A stretch of DNA of 40,000 nucleotides from NCBI RefSeq assembly GCF_056989575.1, contig NZ_CM168018.1. One strand, 5' to 3'. The notes beneath the pieces are model-generated. The model was not told the origin of the DNA and did not search any database. It was given only the letters and a program-made list of their open reading frames with translations. Positions 19,447 through 28,567 of this stretch are shown here, piece by piece (position 1 is the stretch's first letter; each line of letters starts with the position of its first letter). The translations under genes and the position numbers were made by a program.

Positions 19447-20177
19447 AATATATATCATTATTATTGTTTATCCTGCTGTTGTGCGGCTGCAAGCAGCAGG
19501 AATTATTGAACCATCTTGATCAACAGCAAGCTAATGATGTCCTTGCTGTTTTACAAAGACATAATATTAATGCTGAAAAGAAGGATCAAGGCAAAACAGG
19601 ATTTTCAATATTTGTCGAACCAACGGATTTTGCTTCTGCGGTGGATTGGCTAAAAATCTACAATCTACCGGGTAAGCCTGATATTCAAATATCGCAGATG
19701 TTCCCTGCAGATGCACTCGTTTCATCTCCACGAGCGGAAAAAGCAAGGCTATATTCTGCTATTGAGCAGCGGTTAGAGCAATCTCTCAAAATTATGGATG
19801 GCATTATTTCTTCGAGAGTACATGTTAGTTACGATGTTGATAATGGCGATAGTGGTAAAACTGCTTTACCAATTCATATTTCTGTACTTGCAGTATATGA
19901 AAAAGATATCAACCCAGAAATAAAAATAAATGATATCAAGAGATTTATTGTTAATAGCTCTGCAAGCGTACAATATGAAAATATTTCTGTTGTATTGTCA
20001 AAACGAAGAGACATTATTGAGCAAGCACCAACATATGAAATTAGCGAACCTGTTTTTGCTTATGATAAGGCTATGCCGGTTTCTATCTTACTTGCATTAA
20101 TATCCGTAGCGACTTGCTGGCTGTTATGGAAGTATAGGGCCATTCTAACTAATTTAGTCAGGTTGAAAATTAAGTAG
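19443..20177 (+). CDS. eprK: EprK, SctJ/PrgK-family lipoprotein ring component
   Basis: 244 aa; lipobox LLLCGC, VLQRHNINAEKKDQGKTGFSIFVEPTDFASAVDWLKIYNLPG, SSPRAEKARLYSAIEQRLEQSLKIMDGIISSRVHVSY. Confidence 0.93.
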   Translation: MKYISLLLFILLLCGCKQQELLNHLDQQQANDVLAVLQRHNINAEKKDQGKTGFSIFVEPTDFASAVDWLKIYNLPGKPDIQISQMFPADALVSSPRAEKARLYSAIEQRLEQSLKIMDGIISSRVHVSYDVDNGDSGKTALPIHISVLAVYEKDINPEIKINDIKRFIVNSSASVQYENISVVLSKRRDIIEQAPTYEISEPVFAYDKAMPVSILLALISVATCWLLWKYRAILTNLVRLKIK

Positions 20178-20192
20178 ACATATGAGAGCGTT

Positions 20193-20774
20193 ATGAATCT
20201 TGCCCTAAGAAAGATTATATATGATCCAATTAGTTATATTCATCCTCAACGAGTAAGCTTGAATAATACACCTATTAACAATCCGGTGCTTAGATCTATT
20301 ACCAATGAAATGATTGTTCTGCAGTACAATCTTTCAGTTGAACATTTTAATCTGAATAGTTCACTTATTTACTACATAAACAATTGGAATTTATTTCCAT
20401 TGTTCTGTTTATTCAGTGGTTATCACTTTTATCGAGAAAGGTTTGCAGAACGCGGATTTTTTTATAAGGTTCCTGCTGTGCTAAGGGATTATTTATCAGC
20501 TATACTGGTGAAAATAAATGAAAAGGCACGATACAAACCCGGCATCGCTAGCTATCACAATATCATCACATGTGGTTTTTCAACGTTGTCACCCTATATA
20601 AGGCAACAACCATTGGCAATGCAGCAACGATTTAATTTATTATTTCCTGATTTTGTTGATCACATACAATTGCCGTTACCACTTGCATCAACTCTTTTAG
20701 AGAGAATTACATTTTATGCGAAAAAAAATAGAGATGAGCTTGATAAAATCTCCTGCAAATGGTGTTGTGATTAA
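20193..20774 (+). CDS. ygeM: OrgA/SctK-like accessory cytosolic T3SS protein
   Basis: 193 aa; position directly after the PrgK homologue; ETT2 gene order. Confidence 0.65.
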   Translation: MNLALRKIIYDPISYIHPQRVSLNNTPINNPVLRSITNEMIVLQYNLSVEHFNLNSSLIYYINNWNLFPLFCLFSGYHFYRERFAERGFFYKVPAVLRDYLSAILVKINEKARYKPGIASYHNIITCGFSTLSPYIRQQPLAMQQRFNLLFPDFVDHIQLPLPLASTLLERITFYAKKNRDELDKISCKWCCD

Positions 20775-21422
20775 AAGAAAAATTTCTGATGGATTGAAAT
20801 AAATAGTTTCTCTTAAAGAAAGTATCCTTCTTGAAACCAGCGCTAAAATTCAGAGCATTGAGGTAAAGATAGAAGAAAAATTTATTCAAGGTTATTATGA
20901 TGGCTATACAAAAGGCATTATTGATGTGATGGATAATTTTATACCCTTGATAAGCTTGTTGAGCTCAGAACTAGAAAAAAAAGAATAAACATGATAAACG
21001 ATCTGAAGAGTATTTTGTTATAATCCTCAGAGGAAGTTGATGTTTTTATCAAAATTTTTGAAAGTTGGAGAAAAAAATTACCGGCAATATCAGGTCCTGT
21101 AAATCTCTATATACCTACCAGATTCAAAGATAAGTATCTTGAAGTAGAGTCATATTTTGTCGACAAATCAATATGGAATGTCCATATTACATTTCATGAT
21201 GATAAGCGTTTTGTGTTTTTTACCGATCAATTTATTGCTGAATTTAGTCCGCAGGAATTTGTGGATAATTGTGAGCAATATTTAATTAATAATAATTGTT
21301 TCTCTCCTGACAAGGTTAACGAAATCTGCGAACAAGCCAGACATTATTTAGTTGAAAAAATGTTTGAAACACATTCTTTGGATATGAATAATTCTGTTTT
21401 GGCAAGCCCTGAGGACTTATAG
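20716..21422 (+). pseudogene. ygeN: orgB/SctL-like remnant, several disruptions (stops at 20800 and near 20985, further changes about 21020)
   Basis: Reading across frames: MRKKIEMSLIKSPANGVVIKRKISDGLK*; IVSLKESILLETSAKIQSIEVKIEEKFIQGYYDGYTKGIIDVMDNF; ...VDVFIKIFESWRKKLPAISGPVNLYIPTRF...FTDQFIAEFSPQEFVDNCEQYL, resembling OrgB (IAEFSPEQFVE). Confidence 0.8.
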
Positions 21423-21642
21423 CTCCCTGGCTCAAGTTTAATGATTTGAATATAATCTAATTGTAATATTTTAATCATCTCATGATTTTTTAATGCCTGT
21501 GGTATTTTTTACGCAAAAATTTTATTTTTAATTATATTTCATTATTATTTCATCAATGTATTCTTTGGATTTTGCTTATAATAATAATGGAAGGGATGAT
21601 TATAAATGAATGCGTTAAAGCATTTACACTCAGGATGAATAT

Positions 21643-22275
21643 ATGGGAAAAATTAAAATTGTAGTTTCAGATCAGCAGCCGTTTATGATTGATGGGATAA
21701 TTGGATTTCTCGGACATTATCCTGATTTATATGAGGTTGTTGGGGGCTATAAAGATCTGAAGAAATCTATAGCGGAGTGTAACAAATCTACAGCCTAAAT
21801 ATTTATTTTAGGAGAATTTGCAGGTGGAATGATGGGGTCCGAACTCGTAAAATGGGTTAAATCGCATAAGATAGATGCTCATATTATTACATTTGTAGCA
21901 AAGATGCCGTATATTGATTCAATAAAATTGCTTGAAGCAGGTGCGAAAGGATGCGTATGGAAAACCAGTCACCCGGCGAAACTAAATCGTGCTATTGATT
22001 CGATTAGTAATGGTTACACTTATTTTGATAGTGTACATATGGATTGTGAAAAAATATCTTCCAGGTATTCCTCTGATAATCAACTTACAAATCGTGAGTC
22101 AGAAATATTACAACTCATAGCTGATGGTAAAACAAACAAAGAAATCGCTAATTTCTTGCAGTTAAGCAGAAAAACAGTCGAAACTCATAGACTCAATATC
22201 ATGAAGAAATTAGATGTTCACAGTGGTATCGAGTTGATCAAAACAGCTTTACGTATGGGTGTTTGCACTATATAA
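21643..22275 (+). pseudogene. ygeK: ygeK, LuxR/NarL-type response regulator interrupted by in-frame TAA at 21796-21798
   Basis: [51 protein letters not shown] then same-frame continuation ...[22 protein letters not shown]...[45 protein letters not shown]. Confidence 0.88.
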
Positions 22276-22319
22276 AAAAAAGAGGCTTTAGGCACATTTT
22301 GCTGAAGCCTTACGATTGT

Positions 22320-22796
22320 CTAGTTCATTAAGCCTGGTATATACAATATATATTTTGGGGCATATTGCTGTCTCTTTTTTTGGTTATCCATTGCAAAACC
22401 CGCATTATAAGTCCCCAGGCATTGCCACGTTACTCCACAACGTGAAAAATGGTTATATAAAATCTCGGTTCCTATTTTAATGTTCAGACAAGGGTTATCT
22501 AACAAATCTCGTTCATCTTTTATTATTCCACGTTTTTTTAACAGGGGAATATGCATCTGGTTTATCTGCATTAACCAATAATCTAAACTCTTTATGTTGT
22601 TATTCTTATCTCTGTTCTTGCCTATGCTATCCTTTTTTAGATTGCTTTCAACAAGAGCGATAGCTTTAATTAAATTTGGTTCGATTCTGAACATTGTTCC
22701 TGCTTCATTAGAGCAAGAGTTGCTGGCGAAAGACATTTTTGTAATAAATATACAAAACGTGAAGATGGTTAAGAATTTAACTTTTGGTGAGCGCAT
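22320..22796 (-). CDS. pbl: IagB/IpgF-type lytic transglycosylase-like exported protein
   Basis: 158 aa; signal peptide; AIALVESNLKKDSIG, LMQINQMHIPLL, CLNIKIGTEIL, TYNAGF. Confidence 0.85.
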   Translation of the reverse strand: MRSPKVKFLTIFTFCIFITKMSFASNSCSNEAGTMFRIEPNLIKAIALVESNLKKDSIGKNRDKNNNIKSLDYWLMQINQMHIPLLKKRGIIKDERDLLDNPCLNIKIGTEILYNHFSRCGVTWQCLGTYNAGFAMDNQKKRQQYAPKYILYIPGLMN

Positions 22797-22828
22797 ATTT
22801 TTTCATGTGTGAGGATTGAATGAAAGGA

Positions 22829-22856
22829 ACGAGATACTATTATAAAAGTATCTCGT
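22829..22856. terminator. Hairpin downstream of ygeI, probable terminator/attenuator
   Basis: ACGAGATACT-ATTATAAA-AGTATCTCGT, perfect 10-bp stem in the ygeI-pbl gap. Confidence 0.5.
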
Positions 22857-22878
22857 TATGATTTATTTGGTCAATCGT

Positions 22879-23097
22879 CTACCATTCAATTTTATAGTAA
22901 GGTGAGATAGGATTATCTTCTGAATACATATCATTTTGAAAAGGCGCCATCCATGTTGAAACTATAAATGCTTGTATTTGATCTGTATCAGTAGCACTGG
23001 TGTTGATGTGTTTATCTAATGATACGACTTCATCACCCGTTGCATTCGCTATATTTGAACTTTGAGATAAATTATTGATACCGATTGGATTAGTCAT
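22879..23097 (-). CDS. ygeI: YgeI, small protein of unknown function
   Basis: 72 aa from ATG at 23097 with AGGGAG Shine-Dalgarno just upstream; MTNPIGINNLSQSSNIANATGDEVVSLDKH... Confidence 0.8.
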   Translation of the reverse strand: MTNPIGINNLSQSSNIANATGDEVVSLDKHINTSATDTDQIQAFIVSTWMAPFQNDMYSEDNPISPYYKIEW

Positions 23098-23264
23098 AAA
23101 GCTCCCTTTTTTAATTGTCCAGGCCAATGGTCTTTACATCATACTTTTAACTCTAGAGCATTTTAAATATCTTGCAATAAGGTGAATATCTTAGATATTT
23201 TTATCTCTATTGTTTAAATAACAAGTTGCATACATCTAAATAATAAAATTGCGTCAATAAAAAT

Positions 23265-24641
23265 TTATCGCATACAAATTCTCGTCAGCTGCTTTAATTT
23301 CAAAATGTTGTCAATTATAACTCGATGGCTTTCACTCTCAGTTTCTTTATAGTAGAGTTTAATGTTGTTTTTGAGCGGGTTAGGCACATACATATCTACA
23401 CATTCTTTTATCACAACTGCTTTTCGTCTTCTGGGTTCGAGTTGTAGTGATTTGTCTATACAAATCCTTGCCTCTTCAATTTTTTCATTATGAAAGTGGA
23501 CTAGTGCCCTATAGTAGTAGAGAGAGGCTATATCAGTTGAGTGTATCTTAGCCTGTTCAAATAAGATATGAGATACTTTTGCTTGTCCAGACAGACCAGT
23601 TATCAGTCCCATAATAGCTAAAATTTTTCCATCGACAGTGGTTATGTCTGATACATAATCTAAAAGCTCTAATGCTTTTTGAGCAGCAAGTTCAAGTTCA
23701 CTTTTTCCATGAAGTGCCAAAGACATATGGCATTCCGCTAGAAGGCAATAACATTCTGTTTTTAGCGTCTGTATATCACTTTTATTTTGTAATCTATCAA
23801 ATATAGTCATGGCCCTGTAAATGCTTTCAGGGGTGAAGTCGTAAAGTTCTTTCTTTCCGGCTAACATTTCATCTGATAAATAATGATTCTTATATCCTTG
23901 GTCCTGCTTAGCTAATCTTACAGATCGTTCTGGTTTATGTACCGTTTGAAGGATATTATCTATAATAAATTGTGATGTATTATGTAGTTCATCAACAGGG
24001 AGATGATTACTGGCGATGAGGAAAAGGTTTTTAGCGTCGATCAACTCAATGTATAAAGTGTTCACTGCATTATTCTGGTTTATTCTTCCTGTAACGAAAT
24101 AATCTGGCTTGAATCTGCTCAAGAATGAATTTTGAGATATGTGATCATTACAAAAATTTGTCGCAGCCATCGGATAGGTATAGAGACCATCGATTTTTTT
24201 ATTTGAAATGATTTGCACTAATTCCTGATTAAGTATTAATGGATCCAGTGTATTCAATGAAGTAGTGAAAGGGAATATAGCTATGGAATAGTCTGAAGTA
24301 TTATCTTCATTAATTTTAGTTTTGAAAACCTGCCCGCTGAAACGATAACCTTTCCGGTAGATTGTTTCTATGCAACGATCATAGCCAATTTTTTGAAAAA
24401 TGCAGCGCAAAGAATAGATACATCTTGTCAGGGACTCGTCACTAACAATAATATTTTTCCATACTGATTCGATGATCATATCTTTCAGTACAACATGACC
24501 AGCGGATTCAAGTAATACTATTAATACACCTAACTCTTTCTGTGGAATATAAACTTGCTCATTTCCTTGAGTAAGAATTCCATCTTCCGTGAGCGTTAAT
24601 CCCTCAAGAAAATGATATGAGAATTTATTTTCTAAGTCCAT
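23265..24641 (-). CDS. ygeH: YgeH, HilA-like regulator (OmpR/ToxR-type winged helix + TPR-like C-terminal part)
   Basis: 458 aa; N-terminal [40 protein letters not shown]...[11 protein letters not shown] winged helix; helical repeats in C-terminal half. Confidence 0.92.
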   Translation of the reverse strand: MDLENKFSYHFLEGLTLTEDGILTQGNEQVYIPQKELGVLIVLLESAGHVVLKDMIIESVWKNIIVSDESLTRCIYSLRCIFQKIGYDRCIETIYRKGYRFSGQVFKTKINEDNTSDYSIAIFPFTTSLNTLDPLILNQELVQIISNKKIDGLYTYPMAATNFCNDHISQNSFLSRFKPDYFVTGRINQNNAVNTLYIELIDAKNLFLIASNHLPVDELHNTSQFIIDNILQTVHKPERSVRLAKQDQGYKNHYLSDEMLAGKKELYDFTPESIYRAMTIFDRLQNKSDIQTLKTECYCLLAECHMSLALHGKSELELAAQKALELLDYVSDITTVDGKILAIMGLITGLSGQAKVSHILFEQAKIHSTDIASLYYYRALVHFHNEKIEEARICIDKSLQLEPRRRKAVVIKECVDMYVPNPLKNNIKLYYKETESESHRVIIDNILKLKQLTRICMR

Positions 24642-24975
24642 TAGTTAACCTCTATGAAAAAATTGGTTTCTTGCATCCTGCTTAAGCAATAGAAATTATG
24701 GCTATTCATATTTATGTGTCATTAATGCTACAGGAAATTACATTCGACATATCTATGGTTGTGTTCACTAATTTATCTTAGGAATTCAGTGATGTAATCT
24801 GAAATAGCCTTATTCAATTTTTATAAAGTAGATTGTTCTCTAACGCATTGAAAAATAATGATTTATAGTATGCTCTTAACTGTTTTAAGATGCTGATTTA
24901 AGAAAACATAAGAGGTGCTGGTTATAGTGGTTAACTGCACTATAATCAGCAAATTTAACCAAATGATTGTAATGC

Positions 24976-25467
24976 TTAGCCATTATCTTCTGAATTATAG
25001 TTTAAGAGTTCAATATATGCCTGCGCTTTACTCTTAACACTATCATCCTCACAATTGTTAATAATGTGATAGAAACATTGCATTGCGTTATCGATATTTT
25101 TAGCCCCAATCTGACATTGACCCATACGATAAATAACTGAATAGTCATCATACGGGGAGTAATTGTAACTTAGTTTGTAAAGGTCATATGCTTGTTGATA
25201 TTTCTTTTTGGGCTGACATACTGATGCAAAATTTTTTAGATACTCATGATTTTCGAACGCATAAATGCACAAAAATTTATAATAAATTTCTGCGTCCGTT
25301 ATATTACCCTTTTCATGGTAGTCGAATGCATATGCATATATTCTATCAAGGATATCAGGAGTTAAACCATGTAGTAATGCCAGATTTTCTCCTTTCGATA
25401 ATGCGTGTTTTAGTTGATTTGCCCATTCATCACTATTATTGAATATTTCAATTGTTTCTGTGCTCAT
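24976..25467 (-). CDS. ygeG: YgeG, SicA/SycD-type class II T3SS chaperone
   Basis: 163 aa from the second Met; TPR pattern IYAYAFDYHEKGNITDAEIYYKFLCIYAFENHEYLKNFASVCQPKKKYQQAYDLYKLSYNYSPYDDYSVIYRMGQCQI. Confidence 0.9.
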   Translation of the reverse strand: MSTETIEIFNNSDEWANQLKHALSKGENLALLHGLTPDILDRIYAYAFDYHEKGNITDAEIYYKFLCIYAFENHEYLKNFASVCQPKKKYQQAYDLYKLSYNYSPYDDYSVIYRMGQCQIGAKNIDNAMQCFYHIINNCEDDSVKSKAQAYIELLNYNSEDNG

Positions 25468-25744
25468 AATATTCCTCTGTGATGTGTCTCGTGATGCCAA
25501 ATTATTATTGATTGACTCATTGATATTTTTATATTTATCTTTTTTAAATTATGAGTTTTAAGCTTGCATTGCTTATGGTATATTTTTCATTATTGGTAAA
25601 AGTACTGTTCACTACAAACTAATAACATCATGAGTTGTTTTACTAATATTCACCTTATTAGTTATCTTAATTACGACATTACATAAATGCCTTAATGTGT
25701 ATGACCTGGATTCATAGTATCAATTGCCATTTTTTCAATGAAAA

Positions 25745-26182
25745 TTAAAAAGGGGATTTTTGAGAAGGGTAGAATGTCGTTTGTTTTTTTTCTTTATTAT
25801 GTCTGGTGACGCGGGGGGATAGAACGTCTGTGCATATAGTAGTGAATTTGTTCAGGTCTACATTATTCTCTATTTTGGTCAGTTTTATGAGTTCATTTAC
25901 AGCCATACTCATTAAATCATCTGTTATCGAAAATTTATATATGCTCATAGCAGATAATATTGCTTGCTGAATTATCTCTTCAGAAATATCCGCTATCTTT
26001 ATTGACAAATCATGTGTTAGATATTTTCCTCCAAGAGATTCTTGTTCAATATAATTTAAACAAGACCCCATTGTGATTTTAACTGGATTAACGGATTTCT
26101 CTTCATTTTTCTTATTTTTGTTCTCCTGATCAGGAACTAATGGTTGCAGTGGTAGGCTATTATTAATATTTCGTGGCTTCAT
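25745..26182 (-). CDS. ygeF: YgeF-region protein, unknown function
   Basis: 145 aa ORF between ygeG and yqeK; assignment by position. Confidence 0.6.
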   Translation of the reverse strand: MKPRNINNSLPLQPLVPDQENKNKKNEEKSVNPVKITMGSCLNYIEQESLGGKYLTHDLSIKIADISEEIIQQAILSAMSIYKFSITDDLMSMAVNELIKLTKIENNVDLNKFTTICTDVLSPRVTRHNKEKKQTTFYPSQKSPF

Positions 26183-26375
26183 TTTACATTTCTCTCATTT
26201 GATTAGAGCAAAATCCGAATTCGCAGCTTCTGATAATGTCAAATATCACCTTATGGAGACGTTACGTAGAATGACTATATTTGTTATCGGCACATTAGGG
26301 GTATTAATTTTAGTATTGATGGAAGGTGATTATTGAACAGTAACATCGAGTCACGGTAAAAATGTGAGGTATATA

Positions 26376-26801
26376 ATGGACATTGAGTTTTCGCAGATTC
26401 ATGAAATGGTCTATATGCATGATATTGTAAATTCGGACTCGAAAAAGAAACCAAGGATTCCGTTAAAAAAATTCCTTAATGCTGAGAAGGTTCTCACGCA
26501 AACAACATCATGGGCATTAAATTCAAGATTTGTGAATGTTAATTCTGTCAATAAAGTCAACGTAAAGAGTAAAGTTAAAAGCAGTTATATCTCACGATCT
26601 GTCAATGATGAGTTTAGTTTAACAGATGATGAAATCAATTCTTTTAAAGAAACGTTAGTCCTTTCCTCTATTGATTCACTGAGTAAACTGGTTCTTAATA
26701 ATCCTCTTTCTGTATTGTTTACATCGACTGTACGAAGGAATAATAATCGAGCTAAGATGAATGTCGAGCTCGACTCATGGATTTGCACCAGATGTTGTTG
26801 A
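26376..26801 (+). CDS. yqeK: YqeK, unknown function
   Basis: 141 aa from ATG at 26376 ([16 protein letters not shown]...); position between ygeF and yqeJ. Confidence 0.8.
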   Translation: MDIEFSQIHEMVYMHDIVNSDSKKKPRIPLKKFLNAEKVLTQTTSWALNSRFVNVNSVNKVNVKSKVKSSYISRSVNDEFSLTDDEINSFKETLVLSSIDSLSKLVLNNPLSVLFTSTVRRNNNRAKMNVELDSWICTRCC

Positions 26802-26836
26802 TACATGATATTTTACATTGCAAGGAGATGTCTAAA

Positions 26837-26917
26837 ATGAAAGATGTTGATCAAAACTTTGATGCTTTAGACTGCCATATACTGCGAGAATATTTAATTT
26901 TATTGTTTTATGATTAA
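26837..26917 (+). CDS. Possible 26-aa small ORF downstream of yqeK
   Basis: AAGGAG at 26822-26827, ATG at 26837: MKDVDQNFDALDCHILREYLILLFYD*. Confidence 0.3.
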   Translation: MKDVDQNFDALDCHILREYLILLFYD

Positions 26918-26949
26918 CGAGGTTCCATCTTTTTGTTATCTATTTTAGT

Positions 26950-27444
26950 TTACCTTGCACAATGCATTATTGCTCTGTTACCAATGCTCAAAATAAAAGC
27001 ATGCTTACCTTGCTTTAGTATATTATAGCTTACACTTTTTTCTGGAAAGACATAAAAATCAGGAATAAGTTGTGCAAGTCTATCATCATCAACTTGATCC
27101 ATAATCTCAAACTTATTAACTTTCTTTGATGTTAAATGGGCTGTGTCATAGTTTTCAATCCATGTGTATTCAATATTTCGCCGTATTGATTTACTTTCTC
27201 TGTTACCTTGTTGCCAGGTTCCACTCAACGCAACAGTTCCTGTTTTATTTTTTTTGTTATACATAAAGTCGATGGTAAGATTTGCTCGTCCCTGGTCATT
27301 AAAAATTACCCAATTTGCAGTGCATGTTTCGTTATATATCAATTTTTCTGCAGTGTAAGAATAGACAGTGAAGAGAATAAACCCACTGATAAAAACTAAA
27401 ATAAATAATAAGTTTTTTTTATAATCAATCACGATTAACCTCAC
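26950..27444 (-). CDS. yqeJ: YqeJ, membrane-anchored periplasmic protein (ToxS/VtrC/FidL-like partner)
   Basis: 164 aa; one N-terminal TM (LLFILVFISGFILFTVYSY) then an extracytoplasmic domain; overlaps the 3' end of yqeI by 20 nt. Confidence 0.85.
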   Translation of the reverse strand: MRLIVIDYKKNLLFILVFISGFILFTVYSYTAEKLIYNETCTANWVIFNDQGRANLTIDFMYNKKNKTGTVALSGTWQQGNRESKSIRRNIEYTWIENYDTAHLTSKKVNKFEIMDQVDDDRLAQLIPDFYVFPEKSVSYNILKQGKHAFILSIGNRAIMHCAR

Positions 27445-28234
27445 GGTAAGACAGGGTTAAACAGTCTGCCACTTCATGTTGGTTATAATTTTTATTGCAT
27501 GCCATAACAATCATCCCCGGTGAGGATTTTGCAAGAGGGAAGTATAACCACGGATGTTTTTTACAGTTAATCCCCGAATCCAGTATCCGTGTTTTATATT
27601 TATCGAACTCTTTCAACCCGTCAATTGTATCTTCTGTTACATTAAAATGGCAGCCATTAATTTCCGCAACAGTCTTGTAATCCTTGAAAAATGGCTTCGG
27701 TTGATTATTATTCCATAGCCAATATGCAGAATATGCGCCTATGACAAATGCGCTCAACATAATTAGATGACTTTTTATATGTTTGAGGATTTTGTTATTG
27801 AAATTCTTTGCGCCACCAATGCTCTCTTTGTATCCCGCATTAACTTTTATGGCAGGTGGGGCATTGTGTGTATGTGCGTCTGTTGACGAGTTTATTACAT
27901 GATTTTGTATGTTAATGTCATTATGGATCTTGAATCCTCTTCTCGGCACGGTTGCAATTAGCGAGTGGGTAGTATCACCAACAGCGCGAAATCCGCGTCT
28001 GATAATGGATATGTTCTGATATAACGTGTTAGTAGGCACACGCATACCTTCTTCTTCCCAGACTCTGGTGAAAAAATCTTGTTGTGCAACCACATCAGGA
28101 AAAGCTTCAAGTAGAAGTGATAAACATCGACTGGCTGGCGTTGTCAGAACGACGTTAAGATCGGCGTTATGTACCGATATTAATTTTCGGTGCTCAGGCC
28201 AGAACTCGATATTATCGTTAATAATCCAGTACAT
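27425..28234 (-). CDS. yqeI: YqeI, ToxR/CadC-like transmembrane regulator
   Basis: 269 aa; N-terminal winged helix (RVPTNTLYQNISIIRRGFRAVGDTTHSLIATVPRRGFKI), TM SHLIMLSAFVIGAYSAYWLW, periplasmic domain. Confidence 0.92.
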   Translation of the reverse strand: MYWIINDNIEFWPEHRKLISVHNADLNVVLTTPASRCLSLLLEAFPDVVAQQDFFTRVWEEEGMRVPTNTLYQNISIIRRGFRAVGDTTHSLIATVPRRGFKIHNDINIQNHVINSSTDAHTHNAPPAIKVNAGYKESIGGAKNFNNKILKHIKSHLIMLSAFVIGAYSAYWLWNNNQPKPFFKDYKTVAEINGCHFNVTEDTIDGLKEFDKYKTRILDSGINCKKHPWLYFPLAKSSPGMIVMACNKNYNQHEVADCLTLSYREVNRD

Positions 28235-28354
28235 ACGTCAATAAACACTAAATCAATCGAAATGGAGATCACATAGTTTGCTAAGTATATTGGTATTTAC
28301 GGCATAAATATATATTAATTTTATATTTATCATGATGATTGAAATGAGGCTTTA

Positions 28355-28486
28355 ATGTTGCAACGTAAAACTTTACGTAAATTAACATGGTTAACATTTA
28401 TGCCACTATTGTTTGTAAATTCATATTTCGTAATGCTTCTGAATTTTTCGTGTGATGGTTTTAAATACTATGGTGTTTACTCTTGA
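28355..28486 (+). CDS. Candidate 43-aa single-span membrane protein
   Basis: ATGAGG ribosome-binding-like sequence then ATG at 28355: MLQRKTLRKLTWLTFMPLLFVNSYFVMLLNFSCDGFKYYGVYS*; below the ORF-track cutoff. Confidence 0.35.
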   Translation: MLQRKTLRKLTWLTFMPLLFVNSYFVMLLNFSCDGFKYYGVYS

Positions 28487-28506
28487 GGGGACGGCCTATT
28501 TATAAA

Positions 28507-28534
28507 ATACGGACATTTCAATAAATGCCCGTAT
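28507..28534. terminator. Probable terminator downstream of yqeH
   Basis: Imperfect hairpin ATACGG(A)CATTT-CAAT-AAATG(C)CCGTAT; minus strand continues into TTTTATAAA. Confidence 0.5.
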
Positions 28535-28567
28535 AAACAGAGTATGATTCTGGCTGGTCGTTGAGTA

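Noticed and set aside
25745-26801. YgeF and YqeK as paralogues (similar length, both contain an ITDD/LTDD stretch)
   Set aside because: By-eye similarity is limited to a few residues and not convincing without a profile alignment.
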